From: Deltaproteobacteria bacterium
GTDB taxonomy: Bacteria; Myxococcota_A; UBA9160; SMWR01
Reading direction: 5' to 3'
NCBI GenBank assembly: GCA_032128115.1
Contig: JAQBHB010000041.1
Coordinates: forward strand, 32,001-96,000
DNA length: 64,000 bases
Position numbers and translations under genes: made by a program. Shown here one piece after another: positions 29,233 through 40,148 of the stretch. The stretch's first letter is position 1; each line of letters begins with the position of its first letter. The notes under the pieces are model-generated. The model saw only the letters and a program-made list of their open reading frames with translations, made no database searches and was not told where the DNA came from.

Positions 29233-30653
29233 CGGCGGCGCACCGCCACCGGGTCGCGCACCCGGGCCGCAAGGTCCGCCACGGGTTGCCCGAGTATTGG
29301 ATGCACGAACGCCGCAGCAATTTCACACAGCGGCTCCAACACGAAGGCGCGCTCGTGCAGGCGCGGGTGTGGCACCTGGAGGCCCGGCTCGTCGATCTTC
29401 TGGCCCGCGTAGAAGAGCACGTCCAGGTCCAGGGTGCGCGCCGTGTTGCGCTGGCCCCCCGGGGTGCGCCCGGCATCCGACTCGATCTGCTGGAGTCGGT
29501 CCAGCAGCGCCCGCGCCGACAACCGGCAGCGCAGCTTCGCCGCCGCGTTCAGATAGGGCCCCTGGGGCGGTGGGCCCACCGGATCGGTCTCGTAAACGGG
29601 TGACACCGCCTCCACCCACACGCCCCGGGTGCGACCCAGGGCCGCCAGGGCGCGCACCAGATGCCCCTCCCGGTCGCCCAGGTTCGAGCCCAGCGATACG
29701 TAGGCCGGCTCGCCTTCGATTCCGCCCGCGCTGCGCTGTTGCAGCCGATCGCCGCAGAACGATGCGATGGCTGCGTTGAACCGGATCGCCGCCTCCCACT
29801 GCAGGAAGTGACCGGCGCCGCTCAGCTGGAAGGGCCCGACCCGGTCGGGGAAGACCACCTCGGCCATGCGCTCGAAGTCGGGAGGAATCACGTGATCCTC
29901 GGGCCCGTAGAGGATGAGCGCCGGCGTGGGATTCTCGCGCCAGAAGGGCCGCGCCACCCGGGCGTGCGCCGAGAGCACGCTCTCGTAGGTGCAAAGGCTC
30001 GCGCGAAAGTGGTGGGCGTCGGCGAAGGGTTCGCTGAGGAAATCCACCGCGTCGGGCTCGAACGCGCCCGGATGCGCCCAGTGTCGTTTGGTGTAGAAGT
30101 CCGCCACCCAGTGCTTGCGGCGCTCCGGTGTGTCGAGCTCTGCGGCCAGACCGTCCGCATCGGTTCCCGCGCGCAGGAAATAGTCGAGCCGCTCGCGGGG
30201 CGGTCGCGTGACGAGACCCTGCATGCGCTCTTTCAAGAAGGGAAGCGGAGCGTTGAAGATCACGAGCCTCTCGACGAAACCCGGGAATCGCAGCGAGAGA
30301 TCCTGGATCACGGCGCCACCCAGATCGCCGCCCACCGCCACCACTGAATCGAGCCCCAGATGCTCGTGCACCAGGGCGTACAGGTCGCGGCTGTGGGACA
30401 CCACGTCGTGGAACCCGTCCGGCCCCACCTGGCTGTCTCCGAAACCCCGGAGATCGGGAGCGATCACGTGGAAGCCAGCGGCCGCCAGCGGCGCGGCGTT
30501 GCGCCACCAGATACGCCGGGTCTCGGGCCAGCCGTGCACGAGCAACAGGGGAACGCCGCCCCGGCCCTCGGACAGGAAGGCCTGGTCGAAGCCGCGCGGG
30601 CGCGCCCGCTCCACGCGGAAGCGATCCGGGGACAGGGGGGTCGGCTCGCTCAC
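29223..30653 (-). CDS. folK: Epoxide-hydrolase-like alpha/beta hydrolase fused to FolK (HPPK)
   Basis: N-terminus HGWP, DLRGFG, GGDLG, GAGHF; C-terminus YVSLGSNLGDR, YLNA, RTLDLD, PHPRLHERAFVL; a single ORF with no internal stop. Confidence 0.85.
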   Translation of the reverse strand: MSEPTPLSPDRFRVERARPRGFDQAFLSEGRGGVPLLLVHGWPETRRIWWRNAAPLAAAGFHVIAPDLRGFGDSQVGPDGFHDVVSHSRDLYALVHEHLGLDSVVAVGGDLGGAVIQDLSLRFPGFVERLVIFNAPLPFLKERMQGLVTRPPRERLDYFLRAGTDADGLAAELDTPERRKHWVADFYTKRHWAHPGAFEPDAVDFLSEPFADAHHFRASLCTYESVLSAHARVARPFWRENPTPALILYGPEDHVIPPDFERMAEVVFPDRVGPFQLSGAGHFLQWEAAIRFNAAIASFCGDRLQQRSAGGIEGEPAYVSLGSNLGDREGHLVRALAALGRTRGVWVEAVSPVYETDPVGPPPQGPYLNAAAKLRCRLSARALLDRLQQIESDAGRTPGGQRNTARTLDLDVLFYAGQKIDEPGLQVPHPRLHERAFVLEPLCEIAAAFVHPILGQPVADLAARVRDPVAVRRRLG

Positions 30654-30660
30654 CGGGTCG

Positions 30661-30676
30661 ATCTTACAGCTACAAT
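30661..30676. promoter_or_regulatory. Back-to-back -10 elements (TAAGAT on minus, TACAAT on plus) for divergent, probably leaderless genes
   Basis: atctta-cagc-tacaat; 7 nt to GTG 30653 and 8 nt to GTG 30685; no SD sequence. Confidence 0.55.
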
Positions 30677-30684
30677 CCCGTGCC

Positions 30685-31959
30685 GTGCCGGCGATTCCCT
30701 CCCTCGCCCCTGCGTTGCTTACCCCCGTTCCGGGGCCGCGCTCGACTGCACTGGCGCAACGGCTGGCACGTGTGGAGAGCCGCAATGTCACGTGTCTTCA
30801 CCCGGTGCCCCTCTTCTGGGAGCGCGCCGCCGGGGCCAACGTCTGGGACGTGGATGGCAACCGCTTCGTGGATCTCACGGCGGGCTTCGGCGTCGCCAAT
30901 GCGGGACACGCACACCCGCGTGTGGTGGACGCGATTCACGAACAGTCGGAGCGAATGCTCCACGCCATGGGCGACGTGCACCCAGCGGCCGTGAAGGTGG
31001 AACTGCTGGAAGCGCTGACCCGCCGCTTTCCCGGCGGCGGCGACTGCCGGGCCGTGCTGGGATCGTCGGGCTCCGACGCGGTGGAGGTCGCGCTCAAGAC
31101 CGCCCTGCTCGCGACAGGGCGCCCGGGGGTGGTGGCCTTCGAGGGCGCCTACCACGGGCTCAGCCTGGGCGCGCTGGACACCACCTGGCGCGGCGCGTTT
31201 CGCGAGCCCTTCCGTCTGCGCCTGCCGGGCGCAACGGTCTTCGCGCGTTTCGGTGACGCCGGGGATGCCCTTCGGGCCGCAGAGTCCCTCGAGCATCCAG
31301 TGGGCGCCGTGCTCGTGGAGCCGATCCAGGGCCGGGGAGGCGATCGCATCCCCCCCCCAGGTTTCCTCTCCGAGCTGCGGAGCCTGTGTGACGACCGGAG
31401 CTGGCTGCTGATCGTGGACGAAGTCTACACCGGCTTCGGTCGCACGGGCCGCTGGTTCGCGTGCGAGCACGAGGGCGTGGTTCCCGACCTGCTGTGCGTG
31501 GGCAAGGGGCTCGCTTCAGGGATGCCGTTGTCCGCCACCCTGGGACGGGCCGAGCTGATGGATGCCTGGCCCGCCTCGGACGGCGAAGCCCTCCACACCC
31601 AGACCTTCCTGGGTCATCCGCCGGGCTGTGCCGCTGCACTGGCGTCGATCGCGGCCCTCGAAGAAGAAAAGCTCGTGGAACGCGCCGCCGAGAACGGGGC
31701 CACGGCCCTGGCACAGCTGCAGTCGGGGCTTTCGGGGGCGCCCGGCGTCGAAGACGTGCGGGGCCTGGGGCTGCTGCTGGCGGTGGAATGCGACAGCGCC
31801 GAGCGCGTGAACCGCGCCGTCGCGGCCGCCATGCGCCGCGGCGTCATTGCGCTGCCGTCGGGAGACGACGGCCGCGTCGTTTCGATCACGCCGCCCCTGT
31901 GCGTCGAGTCCGAGATCCTGAGCCTCGCCCTCGGCGTACTCTGCGAGTGTCTGCAATGA
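30685..31959 (+). CDS. Class III PLP aminotransferase
   Basis: [38 protein letters not shown] lysine. Confidence 0.92.
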   Translation: MPAIPSLAPALLTPVPGPRSTALAQRLARVESRNVTCLHPVPLFWERAAGANVWDVDGNRFVDLTAGFGVANAGHAHPRVVDAIHEQSERMLHAMGDVHPAAVKVELLEALTRRFPGGGDCRAVLGSSGSDAVEVALKTALLATGRPGVVAFEGAYHGLSLGALDTTWRGAFREPFRLRLPGATVFARFGDAGDALRAAESLEHPVGAVLVEPIQGRGGDRIPPPGFLSELRSLCDDRSWLLIVDEVYTGFGRTGRWFACEHEGVVPDLLCVGKGLASGMPLSATLGRAELMDAWPASDGEALHTQTFLGHPPGCAAALASIAALEEEKLVERAAENGATALAQLQSGLSGAPGVEDVRGLGLLLAVECDSAERVNRAVAAAMRRGVIALPSGDDGRVVSITPPLCVESEILSLALGVLCECLQ

Positions 31960-33050
31960 ACGCTCGCCGGGAGATCGAACGGGAGCTGCTGGCCTGGACC
32001 CGGGAACCTGGATGGCATGCGGATGAGGATCGCTTCCAGCGGCTGGCCCTCGCGCTCTTCGCGCACCAATTCGAGCACTGCGAGCCGTACCGGCGCTTCT
32101 GCCAGGGGCGCGGCTACACGCCAGATCGGCTGGATTCGTGGCGTGAGATCCCGGCGGTGCCCACCGGCGCCTTCAAGCAGATGGAGCTGGTCTCGTTTCC
32201 CCGCGAGCGCACCCGCCACACGTTTCGTACCAGCGGAACGTCCACGTCCCAGCGTGGCGCGCTCCACCTGGACACCCTCTTGCCGTACGAGGCCTCGCTT
32301 CTGGCGTCGTTTCGCCGCTTCGTGCTGCCCGATCTGGTGAAGGGAGATCGTGCCCGATTGCTCGTGCTCGCGCCCTCGGCAAGCGAGCTGCCCGACTCAT
32401 CGCTGTCCCACATGTTCGCTGTGGTGATCCGGGAGCTGGGTACACCCGAGAGCAGCTTCTATCTCGAACGCGAACGCCTGGATGCGGACCGGCTGCTCGC
32501 GGATCTCGAGGCGGCCGCGGCGGGTGCCGCGCCCGTGGCCGTGTGCGGCACTGCCTTCGCGTTCGTCCACTTGATGGACGAGATGTCCCGGCGCGGCGTG
32601 TCGTTTGCGCTCCCGGAATCGGCCCGCGCCATGGAGACGGGTGGCTTCAAGGGACGCTCGCGACGGGTGACGAACAGCGAGCTCTACGACCAGATCGAGG
32701 CGCGCCTGGGCATCCCGGCAGCGCGGGTGGTGAACCAGTACGGGATGACCGAGCTGGGCAGCCAGTTCTACGACTCGGTGCTGCGGCATCCGGACGAGCC
32801 GCGGAGAAAGCTCGCGCCGCCGTGGACCCGCGTCCGCATCGTCGACCCGGAGACGGGGAAGACAACGAGCGGCGACGGATCGATCCGGCTGTTCGATCTG
32901 GCCAACACGGGAAGCGTTCTCGCCCTGCACACCGCGGACCTGGGGCGAGTCGCGTCGGACGGCTTCCACGTGATCGGCCGCGAACCGGGCGCAGAGGCGC
33001 GGGGGTGCTCCATCGCCGTGGACGAGTTCCTGGCCGGAAGCCCGGCGTGA
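31956..33050 (+). CDS. LuxE-like acyl-protein synthetase
   Basis: IPAVP, FRTSGT, ETGGFKGR, YGMTEL, C-terminal RGCS acylation cysteine; ATGA overlap. Confidence 0.88.
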   Translation: MNARREIERELLAWTREPGWHADEDRFQRLALALFAHQFEHCEPYRRFCQGRGYTPDRLDSWREIPAVPTGAFKQMELVSFPRERTRHTFRTSGTSTSQRGALHLDTLLPYEASLLASFRRFVLPDLVKGDRARLLVLAPSASELPDSSLSHMFAVVIRELGTPESSFYLERERLDADRLLADLEAAAAGAAPVAVCGTAFAFVHLMDEMSRRGVSFALPESARAMETGGFKGRSRRVTNSELYDQIEARLGIPAARVVNQYGMTELGSQFYDSVLRHPDEPRRKLAPPWTRVRIVDPETGKTTSGDGSIRLFDLANTGSVLALHTADLGRVASDGFHVIGREPGAEARGCSIAVDEFLAGSPA

Positions 33051-34330
33051 GCGCCGACACCCTTCGCGGCCGACTGGCAGCGCTTCGCGAGGCCGGCGCC
33101 GTGCTGCGGCGGCGGCCGGCCGTCGAGACGATCGCGGTGCTGGCCCGGGTGATCGACAGCTGGTCCAATCCCGATTCCCCGTGGCGTCGCGCCCTGAACG
33201 CCCAGTTCCCAGTCGCCACGGGCTTCTCCGAGGCGGCGGTGCGCGAGGGGGCGCAGGTGGGATTCGGGGCGTGGAGCGGGGCCGCGTTGCACCAACTGGT
33301 GAAGCGCGAGCTGGGCGGCGCCGAGCGTCTCGACTCGGCCGCTTCGCGCATGGCGGTGCCCCCGGAGACGACAGCCGTGGTGCTTGCGGGGCAGGTGCCC
33401 ATGCCCACGTTGCTCTCGATCCTGTTGCCCCTGGCGCTGCGTTCACCGGTGCTGGCCAGGCAGGGATCGCGCGACCCGGTAACCGCGGCATTGGTGGCAC
33501 GTTCGGTTTCGGAAACCGATCCGGAGATCGGCGCCTGCCTGGACGTGGTCTCGTTCCCGAGCTCCGACACGGCCCAGCTGGACGCGCTGCTGGAAGCCGA
33601 CTGCGTGGTGGCCACCGGCTCCGACGAGACCACGGCGACCCTTGCCGCGCGCGTGCGTCCTCCCCGCCGCGTTCTACGCCACGGGCATCGCCTCTCGGTA
33701 GCCGCACTCGGGCCCGAGGCCACGGGCGGCGGCGAGCTCGAGCGCGCCGCCGCGGGACTGGCGCTCGACATCTCGTTGTGGGACCAACTCGGCTGCCTGT
33801 CGCCGATCGCCGTGTACGTGGCCGACCCTGACGACGAGGCCGTCGATCGCGTGGCCCGGGCGCTCGCCGAAGCACTGGCGTCGAGCGAGGCACGGCTCCC
33901 ACGAGGGTGCATCGATCCGGTGGCCTCGGCCGCCATCGCCCACGAGCGCGCCGAGGCGGAGATGCGCGCCGCCGCGGGCCGAGACGTGACGGTCCACGCC
34001 AGCACGGGCAGCGCGTGGACGGTGGTGCGGGAGGATGTCTCCACGCCGCTTCCGGCCCCGCTCCACCGCTTCGTCCGCGTCCAACCCGTGGCGGACGAGC
34101 ACGCGCTTCTCGAAGCGCTGCGCCCGCTGGGCTCGCACCTGGCGGGCGTCGCCATACAGGGCTTCGGCACCGGAACGCCCGGCCTGATTCGCGCGTTGGC
34201 CGAGGCTGGCGCCTCGCGGGTCTGCGCCCCCGGCAAGCTGCAGGCCCCACCCCTGTCGTGGCGGCGCGAGGGTCGCGGCGTACTGACACCCCTGGTGCGC
34301 TTCGCCGATCTGGAGACGCCCCTGCGTTAA
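33047..34330 (+). CDS. LuxC-like acyl-CoA/acyl-protein reductase
   Basis: LAGQVP, ATGSDET, GHRLS, DQLGCLSP catalytic Cys, GASRV; GTGA overlap. Confidence 0.88.
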   Translation: MSADTLRGRLAALREAGAVLRRRPAVETIAVLARVIDSWSNPDSPWRRALNAQFPVATGFSEAAVREGAQVGFGAWSGAALHQLVKRELGGAERLDSAASRMAVPPETTAVVLAGQVPMPTLLSILLPLALRSPVLARQGSRDPVTAALVARSVSETDPEIGACLDVVSFPSSDTAQLDALLEADCVVATGSDETTATLAARVRPPRRVLRHGHRLSVAALGPEATGGGELERAAAGLALDISLWDQLGCLSPIAVYVADPDDEAVDRVARALAEALASSEARLPRGCIDPVASAAIAHERAEAEMRAAAGRDVTVHASTGSAWTVVREDVSTPLPAPLHRFVRVQPVADEHALLEALRPLGSHLAGVAIQGFGTGTPGLIRALAEAGASRVCAPGKLQAPPLSWRREGRGVLTPLVRFADLETPLR

Positions 34331-34388
34331 ACCCCGCGAATTCACCGGACCTCCCACCGGCGGCGGCGCCCGGGTACAATGGAACGGG

Positions 34389-35948
34389 ATGGGGGGCGCA
34401 CCTGCGCAAGAAAGCGGAGCGGCCTTGAAGATCCATCTGATCACTCCCCGGAATCCCGCCAGCTTCTGGACCTACGACGAGATCCTGCCCACGCTCGAGA
34501 AGGACTGCATCTTCCCCAATCTGTCGATGCCCACGGTTGCCGGGCTCACCTCGCGCGAACACACAGTGACTCTGTGCGACGAGAACGTGGAGGACATCGA
34601 CTTCGACGTGGACGCGGACATCGTCGGGGTCACCGGATACATCATCCACAAGCCGCGCATGCTGGAGATCCTCGCCGAGTGCCGAAGGCGCGGGCGCTTC
34701 GTGGTGGTGGGCGGACCCTATGCGTCCCTCTGCCCGGAGGAGCTGCGCGAGCACTGCGATGTGTTGTTCCTCGACGAGGCCGAGGAAACCTGGAGCCGCT
34801 TTCTCGAGGACTTCCAGACCGGCGCCTGGAAGACCGAATATCGCCCGACCGAGAAGCCGGACATGACAACGTCCCCCATGCCGCGATTCGACCTGCTGAA
34901 GGTCGACCGCTATCACGCTCTCACCATCCAGTTCGCCCGGGGCTGCCCGTTCAACTGCGAGTTCTGCGACATCATCGTGATCTACGGGCGCCGACCGCGC
35001 GCCAAGAGCGTCGAGCAGTTGATGGCGGAGATCCGCGAGTGCCACCGCCTGGGAGCCACGCAGGTGTTCGTGGTGGACGACAACTTCATCGGCGACAAGA
35101 AGCTTGCCAAGGAGGTGTTGCGGGAGATCGCGCGCTGGGGGCGCGAGAACGGCTATCCGATCGATTTCAACAGCGAGGTGTCCCTGAACGTGGCCCAGGA
35201 CGAGGAACTCCTCGGTCTGATGCGCGACGCCAACTTCACCACCCTGTTCATCGGGATCGAGAGCCCCAGGGCCGAGTCGCTCCTGGAGACCCGGAAGACC
35301 CAGAACATGCGGGGTGACCTGGTGGAAAGCATCCGCACGATCCACGAATACGGCATCCAGGTGCAGGCCGGGATGATCGTGGGCTTCGACCACGACGATG
35401 CCTCCATCTTCGAGGAGCAGCTGCGCTTCATCCAGGAAGCGCGAATTCCCGTCTCCATGACCGGTATGCTGCAGGCCCTCCCCAAGACACCCCTCTACGA
35501 GCGAGTGGAGAAGGAAGGGCGCCTGCTGAGCGCGAGCCAGGGCGACCAGTTCGCGCTCTCGAACATCCGCCCCGAGCGCATGAGCCGGCGGGAACTCTAC
35601 CTGGGATACCGATGGCTCGTGGAGCAGCTATACGATTTCCGAAACTACGAGGACCGTACCCTGGCGTTCCTGATGAACCGGGGATCCCAGATCAACCGGG
35701 GCCTCAACATCCGGCGCCGCGACCCGATCCGATTGCTCAAGATCCTGTGGCAGACCCTCGTACTCGGCGGGCGGAAGCGCGCATGGTTCACACTCTCGTT
35801 GCTTGGCACCATCCTGGTGCGCCGACCCTCCGTCTTCAAGGAGGCGGTCTCGTTCGCCATCAGCCACCGCGCGTTCTACGACTACATGGCGAAGCTGACC
35901 GTGCAGCTCGACCGGGCAGTCCAAGAGATCGACGCCGAGTCGAGATGA
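34389..35948 (+). CDS. B12-binding radical SAM protein (HpnP-like, DUF4070-type)
   Basis: N-terminal cobalamin domain (VVGGPYAS), RGCPFNCEFC, VDDNF, GIES, IVGFD. Confidence 0.9.
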   Translation: MGGAPAQESGAALKIHLITPRNPASFWTYDEILPTLEKDCIFPNLSMPTVAGLTSREHTVTLCDENVEDIDFDVDADIVGVTGYIIHKPRMLEILAECRRRGRFVVVGGPYASLCPEELREHCDVLFLDEAEETWSRFLEDFQTGAWKTEYRPTEKPDMTTSPMPRFDLLKVDRYHALTIQFARGCPFNCEFCDIIVIYGRRPRAKSVEQLMAEIRECHRLGATQVFVVDDNFIGDKKLAKEVLREIARWGRENGYPIDFNSEVSLNVAQDEELLGLMRDANFTTLFIGIESPRAESLLETRKTQNMRGDLVESIRTIHEYGIQVQAGMIVGFDHDDASIFEEQLRFIQEARIPVSMTGMLQALPKTPLYERVEKEGRLLSASQGDQFALSNIRPERMSRRELYLGYRWLVEQLYDFRNYEDRTLAFLMNRGSQINRGLNIRRRDPIRLLKILWQTLVLGGRKRAWFTLSLLGTILVRRPSVFKEAVSFAISHRAFYDYMAKLTVQLDRAVQEIDAESR

Positions 35949-35963
35949 GCGAGAGCTGGGGAG

Positions 35964-36052
35964 CGGGGACGGGGTTGACTATTGACTTTTTCAGGGCGAC
36001 GAGAGTGACACCGACGCGGTGGCGAAAAAGTCAATAGTCAACCCCGTCCCCG
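35964..36052. repeat. Perfect 29-bp inverted repeat with 31-nt spacer (REPIN/MITE-like or bidirectional terminator)
   Basis: cggggacggggttgactattgactttttc ... gaaaaagtcaatagtcaaccccgtccccg between convergent genes. Confidence 0.9.
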
Positions 36053-36054
36053 TC

Positions 36055-37293
36055 CTAGACACGAAGTTCGACGCGGGTGGTTCCCAACGCGAAGCGCCGG
36101 AAGCCGATGCCGAACGGAATCCGGAACAGCCCCGTCCGGGCCAGGAACGGGAGTACGCGACGCACCAGGAATCGACTTGCCGGCGTTTTCTGGAACAGGA
36201 AGCGCGGCGGCGCCGCGCCTTGAAGGCGCTGGATGGTCTTCACCTCGGGCAGGCGCTCGTCGCGAACGGCGCGAGCGGCGGCGTCCAGGGCTTCGGGCCC
36301 GGCGCCGTTGGCCAGCGGTCCGCAAAGGTGGTTGGCCGCCACCAGAGCATCTCGCAGGGCGATGTTGATGCCCTGGGCGCCAACGGGTGACATGGGGTGA
36401 CACGCGTCGCCGAGCAGGAGCAGGCCCGGCTCGCTCCACTCGTCCAGGTGATCGCACACCACGTCCAGCAGGAAGGGGTGGTGGATCCGGGCGCGGTTCG
36501 CACGCAGATGCGCGCCCAGATCCGGGGAGACGAGATCTGCCAGCTGGTCGAGCCATCCCTCGACGCCCTGGCGGCGCAGCTCGCCGAAGCTCCCCTTCTC
36601 GATGATCCAGGCAATCTGGAGCTCGCCGTCGGGAGCCTGGAACATCAGGCAGAAGTGACCAGAGCCCAGATAGACGCGTCCCTGCTGCATCCCATCGAGA
36701 GCTTCGGGAATCGGAACCTTGAACCACACCACGTCGAACGGTTCCACCCGCTCCATCCGATCCAGGCTCGAATGCTTGCGAACTGCGGAGGCCCGCCCGT
36801 CGGTGGCGATCACGAAGTCGGCGCGCACCTCCGCCGGGCTGCCGCCGGAATCGCCGCGCACCCCACAGGCGCGTCCGTTCTCCCGCAACACGTCGCGCAC
36901 CGTGAAGCCCCGCTCCAGGCGGAACGACGGAAACTTCCCGGACTCGGCGACCAGCATCTCCAACAGTGCCGGCTGGGAGACGAAGACCGGGCCCTGGGGC
37001 GAACCGTCGTCGGGTCGGAAGTCGAAACGAGCCACGCATTCGCGATCCTGGTAGATCTGGAAGCGCAACACGTGGGATTGGGGCAGTGCGTCCAGTGCCG
37101 CGCCCAACCCCATCTGCCGGATGGCGTCCACACCACTGGGCATCAGTCCCTCGCCGCGGAACTCGCGCGCGAAGTCGGTGTGGCGCTCCAGCAGGACGAT
37201 CTCGACGCCGCGCCGGGCCAGCAGGTAGGCGAGGGCGGCGCCGGCCGGGCCGGCGCCCACGATTGCCGCGCGCACCGGACCGGCGGACCCCAC
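36055..37293 (-). CDS. FAD-dependent monooxygenase (UbiH/PHBH-like)
   Basis: IVGAGPAG, FRGE, ATDG, LGDACH..SPVGAQGIN; start may be 37293 or 37275. Confidence 0.88.
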   Translation of the reverse strand: MGSAGPVRAAIVGAGPAGAALAYLLARRGVEIVLLERHTDFAREFRGEGLMPSGVDAIRQMGLGAALDALPQSHVLRFQIYQDRECVARFDFRPDDGSPQGPVFVSQPALLEMLVAESGKFPSFRLERGFTVRDVLRENGRACGVRGDSGGSPAEVRADFVIATDGRASAVRKHSSLDRMERVEPFDVVWFKVPIPEALDGMQQGRVYLGSGHFCLMFQAPDGELQIAWIIEKGSFGELRRQGVEGWLDQLADLVSPDLGAHLRANRARIHHPFLLDVVCDHLDEWSEPGLLLLGDACHPMSPVGAQGINIALRDALVAANHLCGPLANGAGPEALDAAARAVRDERLPEVKTIQRLQGAAPPRFLFQKTPASRFLVRRVLPFLARTGLFRIPFGIGFRRFALGTTRVELRV

Positions 37294-37298
37294 GAGGC

Positions 37299-37916
37299 TC
37301 AGGCGGTCGCCGCGGCGCTGGGCCGCGCCGCCACCCGGTCGAACCAGGCCGCCACGTTCGCCAGATCCCGGTCCAGGGGCTGTCCCACGCTGGCGCCGAA
37401 GTCCAGGAAGCTGAAGAGCACGATGTCCGCCAGGGTGAATCGCTTGCCGCACACGAACTCGCGGCCTTCCAGCTGCGTGTTCAGCCACGCGAGGCCGTCG
37501 TGGGCCAGCGCCTTCAGATCGTCGGCCGCCTGGGGAATCGTGCGCATGCGTTCCTTGAACATGGGCAGGCCCTCACCGTAACGGAAACCGTTGGCCAGGG
37601 GCTCCGTCACTTTCAGCTCGACCCGGCGGTCCCACATGCGGGTCTCGGCGCGCTCCTCGGGAGTGGTGCCAATCAGCGCGGGCGTCGGGTTCAGTTCTTC
37701 CAGGTACTCGCAGATGGCGACGGTCTCGCACAGGATGGATCCGTCGTCGAGCTGGAGACTCGGCATCTGCCCGGCGGGATTGATGTCGGTGTAGGGCGCC
37801 TTCCGGTTGTTGCCGGCGATGATGTCTACCTTTTCGGACGGCAGCTCGATGCCCTTCTCGGCCATGAACATCTTGACGAGTCGCGGATTCGGTCCCAGGG
37901 AATCGTAGAACTTCAC
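37299..37916 (-). CDS. Glutathione S-transferase family protein
   Basis: GPNPRLV, INPAGQMPSL, ETVAICEYL, FTLADI. Confidence 0.92.
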   Translation of the reverse strand: MKFYDSLGPNPRLVKMFMAEKGIELPSEKVDIIAGNNRKAPYTDINPAGQMPSLQLDDGSILCETVAICEYLEELNPTPALIGTTPEERAETRMWDRRVELKVTEPLANGFRYGEGLPMFKERMRTIPQAADDLKALAHDGLAWLNTQLEGREFVCGKRFTLADIVLFSFLDFGASVGQPLDRDLANVAAWFDRVAARPSAAATA

Positions 37917-38083
37917 GGGTCTCTCCTCGGATTGGGGGGCGCGAACTGCCCATCATGCCCACTGGGACGCGCGCATTCAATGAGCCCTGGGCTCGCGCGG
38001 CCCCCGCCGGGAATCGGAGCCGGCCGGCCTGGAGTCGATTATGTAACTTATTGAAAATAATAATGTTTATCGAATTGACTGGA

Positions 38084-38132
38084 ATTCGGACTCAAAAGGT
38101 CCGATATTTACAGGACCAAATCAGTCCGATAT
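38084..38132. promoter_or_regulatory. Tandem IscR type-1-like Rrf2 operators
   Basis: tcggac-N7-gtccga (38086) and caggac-N7-gtccga (38111), 25 bp apart, in an AT-rich promoter upstream of the Rrf2 gene. Confidence 0.7.
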
Positions 38133-38206
38133 GATTTGCACCCTCGTTGCCGCTGCATCGAGGGCCGACTGGGAAAGACTGGAAGACTCGAAGACCGGGA
38201 GATTGC

Positions 38207-38680
38207 ATGATCAAGCTGAGCCGCACGACCGACTACGGAATCGTGCTCATGGCCCACCTGGCGGAGCGCGAGGCCGGGTCGGTGCACAACGCCAGGGAGG
38301 TGGCCGAGCGAACGCTGCTCCCGGCCCCCATGGTGAGCAAGCTCCTGAAGTCCCTGGCGCGGGGAGGGCTTCTGGTTTCGAACCGGGGCTCCAAGGGCGG
38401 CTACAGCCTGGCCCGCACGCCCTGCGAGATCACCGTGCCCGAGATGATTGCGGCGCTGGAGGGGCCCATCGGCCTCACCGAGTGCACGATCCACCCGGGC
38501 GCCTGCCGCCAGGAGGCTTCATGCCACGTGCGCGAGCCGTGGCAGCGCATCAACCAGGTGGTGCGGGATGCACTGAGTCGCATCACCCTGGCCGACCTCT
38601 CGTCGCCGGATTTCGGCGCGATCCTCCCACTGACCTCCGTGAGCGCCAACGCGGCGAACCCGGCCAACGTGGGCGAGTGA
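38207..38680 (+). CDS. Rrf2 family SUF Fe-S cluster assembly regulator
   Basis: [16 protein letters not shown], three Cys ([15 protein letters not shown]); directly upstream of sufB. Confidence 0.92.
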   Translation: MIKLSRTTDYGIVLMAHLAEREAGSVHNAREVAERTLLPAPMVSKLLKSLARGGLLVSNRGSKGGYSLARTPCEITVPEMIAALEGPIGLTECTIHPGACRQEASCHVREPWQRINQVVRDALSRITLADLSSPDFGAILPLTSVSANAANPANVGE

Positions 38681-38687
38681 ACGAACC

Positions 38688-40147
<1,460 letters not shown>

Positions 40148-40148
<1 letters not shown>

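Noticed and set aside
31956..34330. Bioluminescence (lux) operon
   Set aside because: No luxA, luxB or luxD is adjacent. The two LLM genes are more than 8 kb away and have F420-type signatures.
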